A stretch of 24,927 bases of DNA from Chlorokybus atmophyticus (Eukaryota > Plantae > Mesostigma and Chlorokybus algae): the NCBI GenBank assembly GCA_009103225.1, contig RHPI01002990.1, positions 549,988 through 574,914 on the forward strand. The letters are read 5' to 3'. Each line of letters begins with the position of its first letter. Position 1 is the first letter of the stretch. Shown piece by piece: positions 1 to 12,306 of this stretch. The position numbers and the translations under genes are program-made. A model generated the notes under the pieces. The model searched no databases. It had not been told where the DNA came from and saw only the letters and a program-made list of their open reading frames with translations.

Positions 1-59
<59 letters not shown>

Positions 60-113
60 ATGTATATATATATACACATATATATACACATTTATATACA
101 CATATATATATAC
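1..113. repeat. (TA)n/(TG)n/(CA) microsatellite
   Basis: Pure (TA)n at 1-40, then (TG)n, then degenerate TATACA repeats to ~113. Confidence 0.97.
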
Positions 114-301
114 AGTGTTCAGCGTACGTTAAATGTTTAATGTTGTACATAAAAGCGCTGCAATAATTTACAATTTGCAAAATGCAGTACAATGTATTGT
201 ACGTTGTATGATTTGCATGATACTCGCAATATTGTGTCATGCCATGTGTAATGTATTAATCCGATATATAATACGCCGTGTGAGTCACGTAAAGCTTACT
301 G

Positions 302-335
302 GTAAGTAAGCTTATTAATTAATAAGCTTACTTAC
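302..335. repeat. Perfect 34-bp palindrome
   Basis: GTAAGTAAGCTTATTAA|TTAATAAGCTTACTTAC; the arms are exact reverse complements with no loop. Confidence 0.95.
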
Positions 336-2366
336 TTGTCGAACTTTTCAACGCATATGTCGATGTGCTGACGCAGACACAGTCACTCTATTAAAAAGTC
401 TGGATGTTTTATATACATCATCGTTCCTATAAACAAACACAGCGATTGGTAGGCACACAACCATCATATGAGTCCATTGCAACCGCACCAAGGTAGGCCT
501 ATACAGTGGCTAACACAGTGCACATGGTTGCTTTGCACTTTCAATAGCATTTGCATTATGCTATGTATCATGTTGTACCTTGGTAGTAAAGATGCAAATG
601 CGAAACACAAAGTAATGTTCCATGTCGTTGGCAGTGTGACGACATGACTTGAATGCATCATTACAATATGCATTAATGTGGTTATGTTTGTTTTAATGCT
701 TGAAATGTTCGCTTGTTTCTTCTTGTTATGCATATAATGTATAATGTTGCATGTAGTAAAATGTATGTAGGAATCGGTTACAATTATGAATAACGATGTA
801 TCACATAAAATTGCTTGTATTCTATGGAATAGGGCTGACATCAATCATAGCAAGGTACACATCAAACGTAAGCATTTAAATCGTGATTAATGATATAAAT
901 AGTAAAACAAGCAGTTGGTGAAAAAAGCGCTGAACTTATAAACCATTTAAGTTCATTATGCGCACTATATAATGGCAAGGGCATGCAGGCAACAGCAGGG
1001 CCATTAATACATAAAATAATGATTGAACATGCAATTGCAATGTACAAAATACACGTTTATCGTACGACATCAATACATATTTGTCATCCCCAGCAAACCA
1101 AATATAATTTACTATAGCTTCAAAGCTTTTATGCAGAGTATCTTTAATATGACAGAGTCGTGTTGACATTATAAAGCTCACAACACAATAAATTAATGTA
1201 ATGTATCATACCAAGGTATACTTCGTTATAAAGTGGCTGTCAAAATCACACTGAATTGTTTGTCATGTTTTAAGCATTAGTTGTTGTAATCAACACGAAA
1301 ACACTGCAATAAAGTATGTCAAGGTGCATTAGTGTTTTAAACAGCAGAACACAAAGAAAAAATAGAAATGAAATTGTGGTAAAGTGGAAGCACCATGTAG
1401 GCAATATGCACGTCAGACTGCGTGTCCTCTGCCGGCGGGGGTTGATTGTCATTCACATGCGTTGTGGTCGTCGGCATGATTGTCGTTCTCGTCTTTTTGC
1501 GAACCTGCAATCCCTGTCCTAACCACACAACCTTTCCCTGCCTCGGCCATTCTGCCAGTGGTCTGGTAAGGTCTAACTCAACTTCCACTACCTGTTGTCG
1601 TGCTTTCATGCACACAAACATATGTCCCCCATAATGTAAGCTAGCTCTCTGGTGGTCTTGCTACGAGCGTGCTTGTGGGGACTTGGTTGTTGCTTGTTTT
1701 AATATTTTAGCCCCTTTGTTCTGCCCTATGAAGCCACACTGATGGTGCTTTCAAGCGTTACTAAAATTAAATAATCAACCAACGCTGTAAAATCAACAAG
1801 CGTATTAAAGAACAGGCTGGTTGCAGTGCGCAAAGATTCAAAGGCAGTAATATATATGGTTAGGCCTTCGGCCATTATGGGTACTGGCTGTCAACTTTCA
1901 TGTCTGAGCCATTCACGGGACGCACAAGCCGCCACGTCGGCTGCCTCAGTGTCAACGCCGACACTTGCACTTGTGTCTGCCGACACTATTATCCGCAACT
2001 TATTGCGGGGCATTGCCGCGGCGGCGGTCGTCAAGGGCGGTGGCGGTGGGGTTGGCGGCGAAGGCATTAGCCTAGGTTACAGCAACGTCTTCTGGCTTGC
2101 TGAACGCCACACTGCAGAATGGCGGCGGCGGCGGCGATGACGCTGAGCCTTTCGCCGAGGTGCGACTGGCTTTTGCAATTGTTCGTGTTCGTGTGATCTG
2201 GTGCAGAGAATGAACTGGGGAGCAATGCTAAACATGCATACACACACGCACACACAATCAAGGGGTTTGTATAAGTTACGAATGCAGATTTGCATTTTGC
2301 AGATGCCACACATTGGCCTGCGCAATGCGGCAGTGTTGACCATAAGAAACCAAGCAGCCTTGTGCA

Positions 2367-3956
2367 ATGAGTATTCGCATGTATGCCTGGTACGCTGACA
2401 ATATCAATAAGTAACATGTCTCAACTCTACTTGCTCAATGCAGCTCACAGGCGCTCACGCAAGCAGCACACAGAAAGCTGAGCCTTGGGCAAAGGCCTCG
2501 TTCACAAAGGCTAGCGGCGCATTGCCTGGCAGGTACAGTTACACTGTACTGTTGCTCATTTCAAGCATATACTTCTGCAGTTCAAAGTGTGCTGAGGTTA
2601 TTTGCATAACAACGCAGACGGCATCAGTGTTCAAGCAAACCCTCCCGCAGACGGCAAAGTGAAGGTGGGTTGCATGCAATTTAGCATTTGCACATAGGCA
2701 TGCATCAGGATACATACATACGTGTGCGTGCAAGCACGCACATCCGCGCTCATGAGTACGCACATACAATTGCGTGCTTACACATGCACATATGCACACA
2801 CACGCACGCGCGTGCACGCGTGTGTGTGCACACCCGCGCTTGTGCATGTACGCGTCTGCAAGCACTCGTGCATGCTTGCGCATGCACGCGTGCATGCCTA
2901 CGATATGCACACAGTCCGCAGGCATCAGCGTGCGTATCGTATTTAGCAGAGTTGTGTGCATTGTAACAGCAAGTCTTCGTTCACCACAGCTGGACGTCAG
3001 CATCACAGGAGTTAAGACCCAAAAGGAGTTTGACAAGGTGAGCCCCCCCNNNNNNNNNNNNNNNNNNNNNNNNNNNNNNNNNNNNNNNNNNNNNNNNNNN
3101 NNNNNNNNNNNNNNNNNNNNNNNNNNNNNGCCCCCCCCCCCCCCCCCCCCCCCCTCCTCTCTCTCTCTCTCCGTGCGTGCGTGGCGGTGTGGTGAAAGGC
3201 GCGCGCGTGCGCCTTACAACTGTGATACTGCCATCAGGTGCTTATTGAATTGGGGAAGAATGCGCCGTTGGTGCCGGGTTTTCGAGTAGGAAAGGGCGGT
3301 GAGTAATACACATCACAGTTGCAACCAAGTGTATGCACTCTGCATGCCAGAGGTCTGTTGTGTTCTCACTCTTGGTATGTTGTGCGGTGACATCGCGTTG
3401 GTCTTGGGCTTGGATGCAATGCAGGCAAAAACGCAAAGGTACAGTTGTCGTATAAAAAATCAGCAGCTCACTTTCTGATGCGTGCGCAACGCTGCAGCGA
3501 TGCATAAATATCAACGCCAACAACCATGTGTGTGTATCTGTATGGCCAGGTCCCGAAGACTGTCATGCTGCGGTTTCTCGGCAAAGACAATGTGGAGAAA
3601 TTCACAATAACTCAGCTGGTCTCGAACACGCTAGCAGAATACGTTGAAGAGGTAACCAGGGCACAAGCTAATAGGCAACCACAGAGTGATGCACCCTCTC
3701 ACTCCTGCTTGGTGGTGACACTATGTGCGTGTGCATGTGCACTTGAATATTGCAGAACGGCATCAAGACGGTGGGCAAGGACGCGAAGCTGGACCAGTCT
3801 GAGGAGGAGCTGCACGAGAAGTTCAAGCCGGGGGAGCCGATGTCTTTCGCCGCTGTCCTGGAGTTGCTGCCAGACGGGGACTTGGTGTCTTCTGAGCAGG
3901 AAGAAAAGGAGGAAGAGGCGACTCAAACCACAGAGCCGGAGCCAGCAAATGCATGA
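2367..3956 (+). CDS. Plastid-type protein with only the trigger-factor ribosome-binding (Trigger_N) domain; resembles Arabidopsis At2g30695-type truncated trigger factor; multi-exon
   Basis: Firm GT-AG exons 2990-3037 (LDVSITGVKTQKEFDK), 3238-3298 (VLIELGKNAPLVPGFRVGKG), 3425-3438 (GKNAK), 3550-3651 (VPKTVMLRFLG...EYVEE) and 3756-3956 (NGIKTVGKD...FKPGEPMSFAAVLEL...stop), all phase-compatible. PGFRxGK is the trigger-factor ribosome-binding loop, and the stop comes before any PPIase domain. The 5' exons (~2367-2389, ~2445-2532, ~2597-2664; basic, Ser/Ala-rich, transit-peptide-like) and the start codon are uncertain. The family call is from recalled sequence similarity, not a search. Confidence 0.8.
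2690..2935. repeat. Intronic alternating purine-pyrimidine tract (CA/TG/CG mix)
   Basis: ~245 bp of near-continuous RY alternation (gcacacacacgcacgcgcgtgcacgcgtgtgtgtgc...) inside the intron upstream of exon 2990. Confidence 0.85.
3050..3129. other. Assembly gap (80 N) within an intronic poly-C / (CT)n tract
   Basis: Run of N flanked by poly-C on both sides, then (CT)n. Confidence 0.99.
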
Positions 3957-4464
3957 TATTGGTGATTATGAAGGAGAGCAAGTTGAAGGGCTGCGGTTGC
4001 ATGAAGTGGGGAGAGCTCTTCAGTGGGTTGTGTAGACATTGGTATGGATGCACATTGCTTTAGACAGACTCTTTGGGTTTGTCCTGATTGAGGGCCTGCA
4101 GAGCATGACAGGCATGGCAGGTGGTAGTATAACTGACAATACGATCATTTGCGCTGAGATGTGCCAACTACCTTTCACTGTGCTGAACTCTGCATTGCAT
4201 TGCAGCATTAACCAAGATGATAATTGCCAACAACACGTATATTGCGGTCGAGATGGTATTATACACCGACAAGGGCACTACCATTTCCAAATGCTACAAA
4301 AAGCATTCTGTTTAGTACCACTGGCAAAGTTCCACACACTCTACTTCAGTACACGCACACCATATATCTTGCAAACAGGCCTCACACTACTCGCATACCG
4401 CTAGCACAACCTACTACCATACTAGTATCTCTAGATCACACCACAGCACTACCGCGCCGGGATG

Positions 4465-7400
4465 CTAGCGGTCTGTATGTAAGTCTGCTGCGGGATATTC
4501 AGATTCTTCCGCATGCGTAGATAGCGTTCGTGTGGATGCCTTCGCAAGGCTACTAGTCGCTGTATGCATGTTGTTGGCCGAGGCGGTAGCGGAATTGTGG
4601 CTGTCGTGCGACAACCGCGAACTCACCTGCGAGCTCACCTTGTGCCCAAGCCACTGCATCTTGGTCACGGTGTTCTTCCCGAGCGTGTAGGCCACCTTGG
4701 CAGTGAGGAGGATGGTGCCCAGCACCGGCCCGAACGCCTCCTGAAGCGCCTCGCCCAGGTCGCTGTCCTCCACCTGATCGTCATCCAACCCGCGCTTCTT
4801 CTTTTGGTAAGCCAGATACACCTCGCTGAACATCAGCGCCAGGAACATTATCACCGTCCTGCACAGTAGGATGAGCTGCGTGTTGTGTTGGGTAGGGGAA
4901 ACATAACGCCAACATCCGCATGCCAGCCGTGTTGCATGTAGGTGCCCATTCAATAGATCTTACGCCTGCTGAGAGTGTCACTGCACCGCAAGGCATTGAC
5001 GCACTCTGACTGTCATTGCATCACCGCACAACAAGTTCACTTGCAGGACCCAGGACATAGCAAATTGTGATGTGACAAGACGAAGTTGTGATGTGACAAG
5101 ACAAAGTTGCATCCCCAGGACAAACTCACCCAAAGTACGACACGGCAAAAGCAATGCTGAGCAGAGTGCTCGTGACGCTGGTGAGAGGGAGGAAGAGCAG
5201 CCACGCGATGTAGAGCAGGAGGCAGTTGCCGCTCCAGGCGAGCGTCTGCATGTTGTTGAGCTTGGGGCTGGAGTAGGGGACGGCGTGGACGTTGAGGGCC
5301 ATGCACATGGCGGCGACGGCGAGGGCGATCAGGACCTGCTGCTGCGTGCCGAGCACGCCGAGGAAGACCGCGATGAGGATCAGCACCAGCTTTTCCAGCG
5401 TCACGATGAACTCCCAGAAGAAGGCGCTGCGCTTGTAGCCCGTGTACAGGAAGCCGTAGTACTTGACTGTGTGCTCGCTCTCCAGCTTCATGCGGCGCTG
5501 CCACAACATGAGGTATGCGCCAATGGGTAAACCCAGGCCGAAGAGTATAATGCCGGGAATGCCCACAGCGAGAACCTGCAAAGACAACGACAATCAATGC
5601 ATAGCCATAGCCACACTTGTCATCTCATAGTTGCCCTAACAAACCACAAGTAGTGTGTAACGGGTAATGGCTTACCATTGTCAAGTGTGTCCCAGTGTAG
5701 CATTTGTCATTGATGTATTGATCCCAGTACGTGCCAACAGCACGCTCATTGGCATCATATGGTACTCCCAGCGAGTCGATCTTGCGGCAGGCGAAGAGAG
5801 AAATCAGCTGCTGCGTAACTGCGGGCCACAGGAAGAACTCCACCACCATGAAAGTAACAACAAACCTGCACCCGCCACACCACATGAGTCAGACTTCGAA
5901 AAAACCAAAAAGAGTTTGTACATATCTTGACCACCGCTGCCCCCTGCATACACACAAGGATGCATGCACGGCGACTCACCCTCGGATGTACTTGCGAAGC
6001 TCCGGAGGATTGGCCCTATGGCGAAACCGGAACTTTGCAAACCAATAAACCAACAGCCATATGCCCGCAGGAGCGAGGATGCCGGCAATGGGAAGCAGGG
6101 CATATATTAGCACCAACTGATAGTACTTGTTCAGTGTGCCTGAGTTGTTCATTAGGCAGTAGGATGATATGATGCCGCTCCTGCAAGTCCGCCAGGCCAG
6201 TCAGCGAAAGCACACATGTGTTGCGCAGTTGCCGATGGCAGCTGCACAGCTAGTCTGCAGAGGCAAACATACCCGAGTGATGATGTTGAGGACAAAACCG
6301 TCACAGCCGTATTCACAAAGCCGGGAAAGTTGAAGGACACACCAAACGCGATTGATGTCACCTGTATGTACGTGACAATGACCTGCAGAGTTGCAAATGA
6401 TTAGAAACAGTCCAAAGTGCACGCAATGTGCCACGCACAAGAAAAGTGATGCTGCAACGTGTTGATGACAGATCACCAACCTTGCACATGGCCTGAACGG
6501 CTTGCCCGAGTGGTATCCGTCCATGTTCATCGGGTGTATCGTCCAGCTCTGTGGTCAGGGCGGCCTGTTTGCCAATGAGTGTCAGACCAAGACTCCCAAG
6601 CCGAATGTACAGCATGCTATGGTAGCCAAGATTGCGTACTTACCCTTGTGATGAGGACGATTGCGACAAAGGTGATGAGAGTAATGCCCGTGTATGCAAG
6701 CGCATTTACAACTTTGGAACTGCACTTCTTGCACTGGAAGTTGCTTGTTCCACCGCTGGATTCCCAACCGTCCCTGCACACCCCGCAAAGATTGCCTGCA
6801 TAGCTGCGCACACAGGTTGAGTAAGCTCGTCTGCAACCAGCAACCTGCAATGGTAACACGATGCAGCTGCCAGCTGGCTAGACATTAGCACAGATTGCAA
6901 CAACAAAGGTTGAGAATGCAATTTTGTGCAGGTCGGTGCATGCTGAGATATGCATGCTTACCCGTCGCTGCACTGCTGGACTTGCTCCCAACTTCCATTG
7001 CGAACAAGGCCCTCAAGTACCACAGACCGGTTGTGATATGAGCAAGCATCGTTGTTCGGACATTGATGAAATTGGAACGAGCGTTCGGCAGAGTGCCAAT
7101 AGCCATCAACAGGTACCACGACAGACCCTCCCAAACAGTCGGCGCCATCGGGACACACTTCACATGAGAAGTTGGTGGGATTCCATGAAAAGAGGGGCTG
7201 CTCGCAGTACGTGCACAGCGTGTTGTCGTCGTTGCGCACTTCTCCAAGCAGGCAAGGTCTGATGGTCACACTGATGCCCACAGGTGGCAGGATCGGGTAA
7301 TCGAACGCTCGTAGCTGGAGAGAGCGGACACCCGGCACGGATACAATGGCCACATTGCTGAAGTTTGCCACCCCTTGCTGTGCTGCAGTAAAAGTTTGGC

Positions 7401-10400
7401 CTGCAAACATGTAACATACTATGAAGGGTTGGCCTTAGTGTATCAGAAGAGGCATACATTCAACAATGACCCTGCGCACAGACCGTCCAAGCGGCCACTG
7501 CTGTTGGTATACTCCGCATAGAACACCAGTTGACTTTTGTTGCCGGCCGACACAACTTGGCCGAGAGCGTCGATGATGGTAAGGGTCAGGTTGGAGAGGG
7601 GCCGCGTGCTCGGTTGGGCTGAGTAGTTGTCTGCGGCTGGCTGGAACTCAGCTGGATCTGTTGCCAGTGTTGGACCATAACCATTGATAGCAAGGTTGCC
7701 GGTCTGCACATATGAGCGCACAGACATCAGTGCTCCTGTGTCAAGTGACGTGCTGCTTCAAGCCAAGATACGACAAGTAGTACACAGTATCAACTGAGCA
7801 TGCCCCCAGATGGTGACAACGTATCAGCCGCAATGCCCCGACAGAGTTTCATGAGTTGGTATGCAGGCGATGCAGGCAACCAGTGACAACACTAACACAT
7901 ACCCATTCGGAGCAGCCTGCTGCACTGCGTTGGCCACTGCAGGTGATGTTGGGTGTCAGAGTGCTAAGGATGGCACCGCCACCGCCGCCAACAGCCGTGT
8001 TATCACGAAAATCGCTGGAGTCAAAAGTTGCGCACACCCCAGTGGGTCCACAGGCCGCATACACACCACCACCGCTTTGAGCACGATTGAACTCGAAAGC
8101 ACTATCACTGATGGTGATGTTTGCAGCACTATCGCAGTACCGACCGTCTATGTTGATTGCACCTCCGCTCTCAGATGCATTGTTTGAGTTGAAGGTTGAA
8201 CCCTGTCGGTTTTGTCACGTCAAATGATGCACTACTAACAGTGAGAGATTGACACTTCCAACTCGCATGTGCATCGCTTACAGTTATGGTTGTTGTCTCC
8301 CATGCTTTGCAAATAGCTGCAACTTGTGTACCAGCGCCGCCTAAGAACATGCCGCCACCATCCTGTAACATTGCTGGTCAGAAACACTGTGAAAATGAGG
8401 AGTAACTTCGCACGAAGCAGGAGCTCCTGTTACAGCAGGTTGAAAAATGGCAACATGCCTGGGATGAGCAATTCTCAAATCGCGAGTCTGCCACTGTTAA
8501 GCTGCCTGTCTCATCAAAGACACCACCTCCCGAGACCTGTGCGGCGCATGCATATGTGATGTGTTGGTCTGAGTCGGATGCTTGAACAAATATCTCATCC
8601 CCAGGTCTGGAGTACTGCGATGCTTCAACACCATTCTTCAAACATCTTGTGAGTGCCACGCAGGGAATCCTTGTGTGCCCATAGGCATACCTGAGCTGTA
8701 GCTTCCGTGAAGTTGCACCCAGTGCACGTAACCGTGCGTTCAGAAGCACCTATCTGGTTCTGTAGGGTGACAACGCCCAGGTCCTACAAACCATCAGCAT
8801 AACCCAGTTCAGGCACTCACCAACAACAAGAACTCTCGATGCACTTATGGTTGTTGCGCGCAATCATTACGTAGACTTACTGAGTATGTGCCTGCGCTGA
8901 TCCAAAGAGCGCCTCCTGATACCTGCAGTGTTGCAAGTTTGAGCATGATCCATACAGCCGGTCTCGCAGCTGTACAACAGAGATGCATCGTTATCACCCA
9001 CACACCGCCGTGCTCACCGATGCAGAGTCTTGAAAGAAGGTGCAATTGGTCAAGGCAGCCACAGCTTGATTTGCGATGCCACCGCCACGCGGCTGGGAAG
9101 GTTATGATGTTAGTGGTAATAACAATAGGTGGTGTGTTTTTCGCACAACTGCGCCCTCAAGCTGTGCTGTGTTGCAGTGCCATTATATCAATAGAAACAG
9201 ACACAACACGCACCGCAGTGTTCTGAACTAAGCGATTGCGCACAACACGCAAAACGGCTGTGCCCGCGCTAAATATAGCACCTCCAAATCGCTGCAAGCG
9301 CAAGACAGGCACGAGTTAGTGGCTTCACGTCAATAAGCAACCATACTGCAACCATACCAAACAAGATGGTGATGCTTCCACTGACCCCAGCAACATTGCG
9401 AGACAAAGTTGTATCGCGCAAAGTTATATCGCCTTCACTGTAGACCGCTCCACCATCCAGTGACGCATTGTTTGTCGTGAAGTTGCTTGCAGCCACCACC
9501 ACGTTATTGCCAGAGATCGCCATCAATGCACCACCAGTCTGCTCGCAGAGCAATGCGTTCATCAGTCCAGTCGCCGAAAAACTCTTGAGCCTAATCCAGC
9601 AGCCACTACTGTATGACAACCGCACTTACCACAGCTGCGTTGTCGACAAATGTGGCATTGTTTATGTTACAGGTGCTTGAAATGAAATAGATTGCACCTC
9701 CACCCTGTTGGCACAAATAACGTCAGTGGTGGCAGCTGCTGTTAATGCTAGCAACAAAACATGAACACTTAGCGTTGCTTCCTGCCATTATGCAGCATGG
9801 ATGGTCACAGCGCCGCCATATCAGATCAGATTACTTACGGGTGATTGATTGCGCCTGAAGGTAGTGTCAGTGATGTTGGCCCCGAGTTCATTTATATACA
9901 ATGCACCGCCAGTATTAATTGGATTGCCATTGCAGGTGTTGCTGTCAAAAGTGCAGCGCACAATTGTTGAACTGAATTGCCCCACGAAAGCACCCCCAAC
10001 CTGTAAAGCACAGTCATGAGGCGCTGTTACGAAAGCAAACGCATACGCAGTAACTGCACTCACGTTAGAGGCAGTGTTCTCAGTAAAAATGCAATCCGTC
10101 AAGACCATCGTATTGTCATTCTGAATAGCGCCGCCTTGTAAAGCATTGTTTTGATGGAAAGTACAGGCAGCAACGCTTGCTGTGCCAGCTGCCAGTAACA
10201 AAGCACCTCCACCCTGTAACACAGACGCAATTCGTATCCAGCAGTTAACCATGTAGGACGAAATGAAATCAATCAAGGTGACATCACCTTGAGCAAACAG
10301 GTAGTGTACGAAGTCAAGTTGAACACATGTACAATAACAAGCACAGCAAGTTATTTAGTACAAAAGCTGGTGACACAAGTGCAGGGAGATGCAGGGACCG

Positions 10401-12306
10401 TTAGAACCCTGTTGCAAACACGCCAACCTTCACACTTACAAAAGGCGCGAAGTTGCGAGTAAACTGTGACCCCGATAGGTCTAGTGAATTTCCAGAAGCG
10501 TAGACGGCTCCACCAACACCGCCTGAGGCAGAAACCTCATTCCCAGTGAACGTGCACCCTTGAATGGTAGCTGAACCTTTTAGAACATACACTCCTGAAC
10601 CAAACTGCACAGACAACGAGACATGAGCTTCTTGACACTGAATACGATGTTGACAGCTACAAAAAGAACTCACCGGGGCTTGGGTGTTGCCTTCAAAGTG
10701 ACTCGCACTGAGAAACAACGATCCGGCGGTTTGAATAGCACTATTGATGTTATTGGTGAAGTTGCTGCTGTCAATAATCAGGGTGCCTGCACTATTGGTG
10801 ACAATGGCACCTGAAGCATCCAACTGTGACACACATTTGAAGTTAATGGTGGAAGGTGAGCACCTTCCACACATTCACATGCGAGCGCTTGAACCTGCTT
10901 ACCAACGCTGTGTTGTCGGTAAACTCCGAGGTTCGTATTGAGAGCCTGCCTTTGCCATTCCAAAGTGCCCCACCCGCAGATGCACTGTTTCGCTGGAAAT
11001 TGCACCCAGTGACGTTTATGCGCCCCTCGTTGACAACAACACCTCCAATTGCCTGAGCAAAGCACATATGGCAACCATACTATCACAAGTACTCAACTGT
11101 TAAGTTTTGCCAGATTAATGGAGGGTGAGCTGCTACCAGACTATGCTGAGGTACCAGCTACAAACTTGTTCCTAAACCCTCTCTTAACATACACATGGAG
11201 TGGCGGATGCTTACACTAGGAGAACTGAGGGGCAGAGAACCACTGCAATGGATGCTGCCATGATATGTGATGGGGTAACTTAACTACCTTGTGTGTGCCA
11301 AGTTACCAAGTACTTACTTCTCACCAGTCACGATGTACATAGTTACAGTCTATGTGCCCCGCTAACCTGAGCTCAATGCATGTTGTGTCTCTGTGCACAA
11401 CTGCGAGGATATGCATTTCTTGAACACTGACTCAAAGGCGAACACAACCAATCACCCATGTGACGTATACATATGCCCTTAGCTCACCGGCGCATCAGCA
11501 CTGTTGCCTAAAAACTCAGATGTGTCCAGCACCGCAGTTCCTGTGTTGTAAAGTGCAGCAGCCCCTGTGTCACCCTGCAAGAAGAGGACTATTGATAACA
11601 GCCAGAAAGTATGCCTGCATGACAAACAGCACACTTGTTGGCAAGAAACCTACCGCATTCGTATTGGACATGCGCAAGAATGAACACCGCAAAATGCTGA
11701 TTGTTCCTGCATTGATAATGGCCGCAGAGGAAGCCTGCACACGTAAATCATGCCTGTTGTCAAAACAACGTTTCTCTCAATCTATTACAGTGATACGTTT
11801 CAGCTTTGTGTTTACACCATTGAGCACGACAATGCACAACTCGCCCTTGTAATGTTGAAGCCAGAAAGCTGGAGGTCCTGAAGCTGAAGGTCACCAGCTG
11901 CAACAACTGAAAGCACCGCACCACCACTGGTGCTTGTTAGCACCCGCCGTGGCTGCTGCCTGTCTCCTCTGACAATGACGCTGGAGCTCACTGTCAATAT
12001 CTGAGCTGTGGCAATGTCCGCGAGGACCACAATCTCCTTGACCGAACCATCTGCAAGAGCGGCGGCCAACTGGCTGCTAGAAGAGGCCGTCGCTGCAAGC
12101 AGACATAGTATGCAAGCGTTACATTGTTGTGTACACCGGCCAAGAAGGAGTTGCACACAAGGTCAGGTCAGTCAAGAGTTTGTTGACTGCTGTCCTACAA
12201 TACCTGTTTGTGCTGTTGCTGAGCGGAAAGCAGCTGCTAGCTGTAGCAAAAGCGTGCAGAGAAGGAATCTACCCTGCTGAGACGCAACCCCTCTACTTTG
12301 ACCCAT
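4465..12306 (-). CDS. Large surface/membrane protein (~1427 aa, 24 exons): signal peptide, polymorphic-membrane-protein-like parallel beta-helix repeats (GGA[IVL]...FxxN), Cys-rich furin/EGF-like region, then a multi-pass (~7 TM) C-terminus
   Basis: Phase-consistent exons: 12306-12204 (signal peptide MGQSRG...FLLCTLLLQLAAA), 12092-11845, 11574-11488, 11052-10903, 10823-10674, 10604-10440, 10213-10064, 10000-9839, 9538-9386, 9291-9214, 8922-8881, 8783-8691, 8536-8459, 8362-8282, 8202-7903, 7703-7484, 7400-6962, 6803-6644, 6564-6481, 6382-6273, 6180-5980, 5865-5676, 5575-5130, 4858-4465 (sum 4284 nt). Motifs include GGALW/GGAIQ/FxxN repeats, CxxC...CPxGAxC...GYW, GYAGNLCGVC, KVIVTYIQ and YGFLYTGYK...FWE. 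Two introns are modelled with GC donors. The last exon may contain a further intron (GTGAG donors near 4635). Confidence 0.88.
5063..5108. repeat. Intronic 21-bp tandem duplication
   Basis: aattgtgatgtgacaagacga / agttgtgatgtgacaagacaa / agttg. Confidence 0.9.

Noticed and set aside
464-1181. ORFs 464-844, 862-1047 and 936-1181
   Set aside because: AT-rich, no motifs and no convincing splice pattern.
2539-3289. ORFs of 74-171 aa rich in C/A/H/V/R
   Set aside because: They are translations of the intronic RY tract and the N gap; only the short true exons are retained.
4564-5597. ORFs 4564-4869(+), 5072-5530(+) and 5037-5597(-)
   Set aside because: They are antisense or off-frame shadows of GC-rich exons of the membrane-protein gene.
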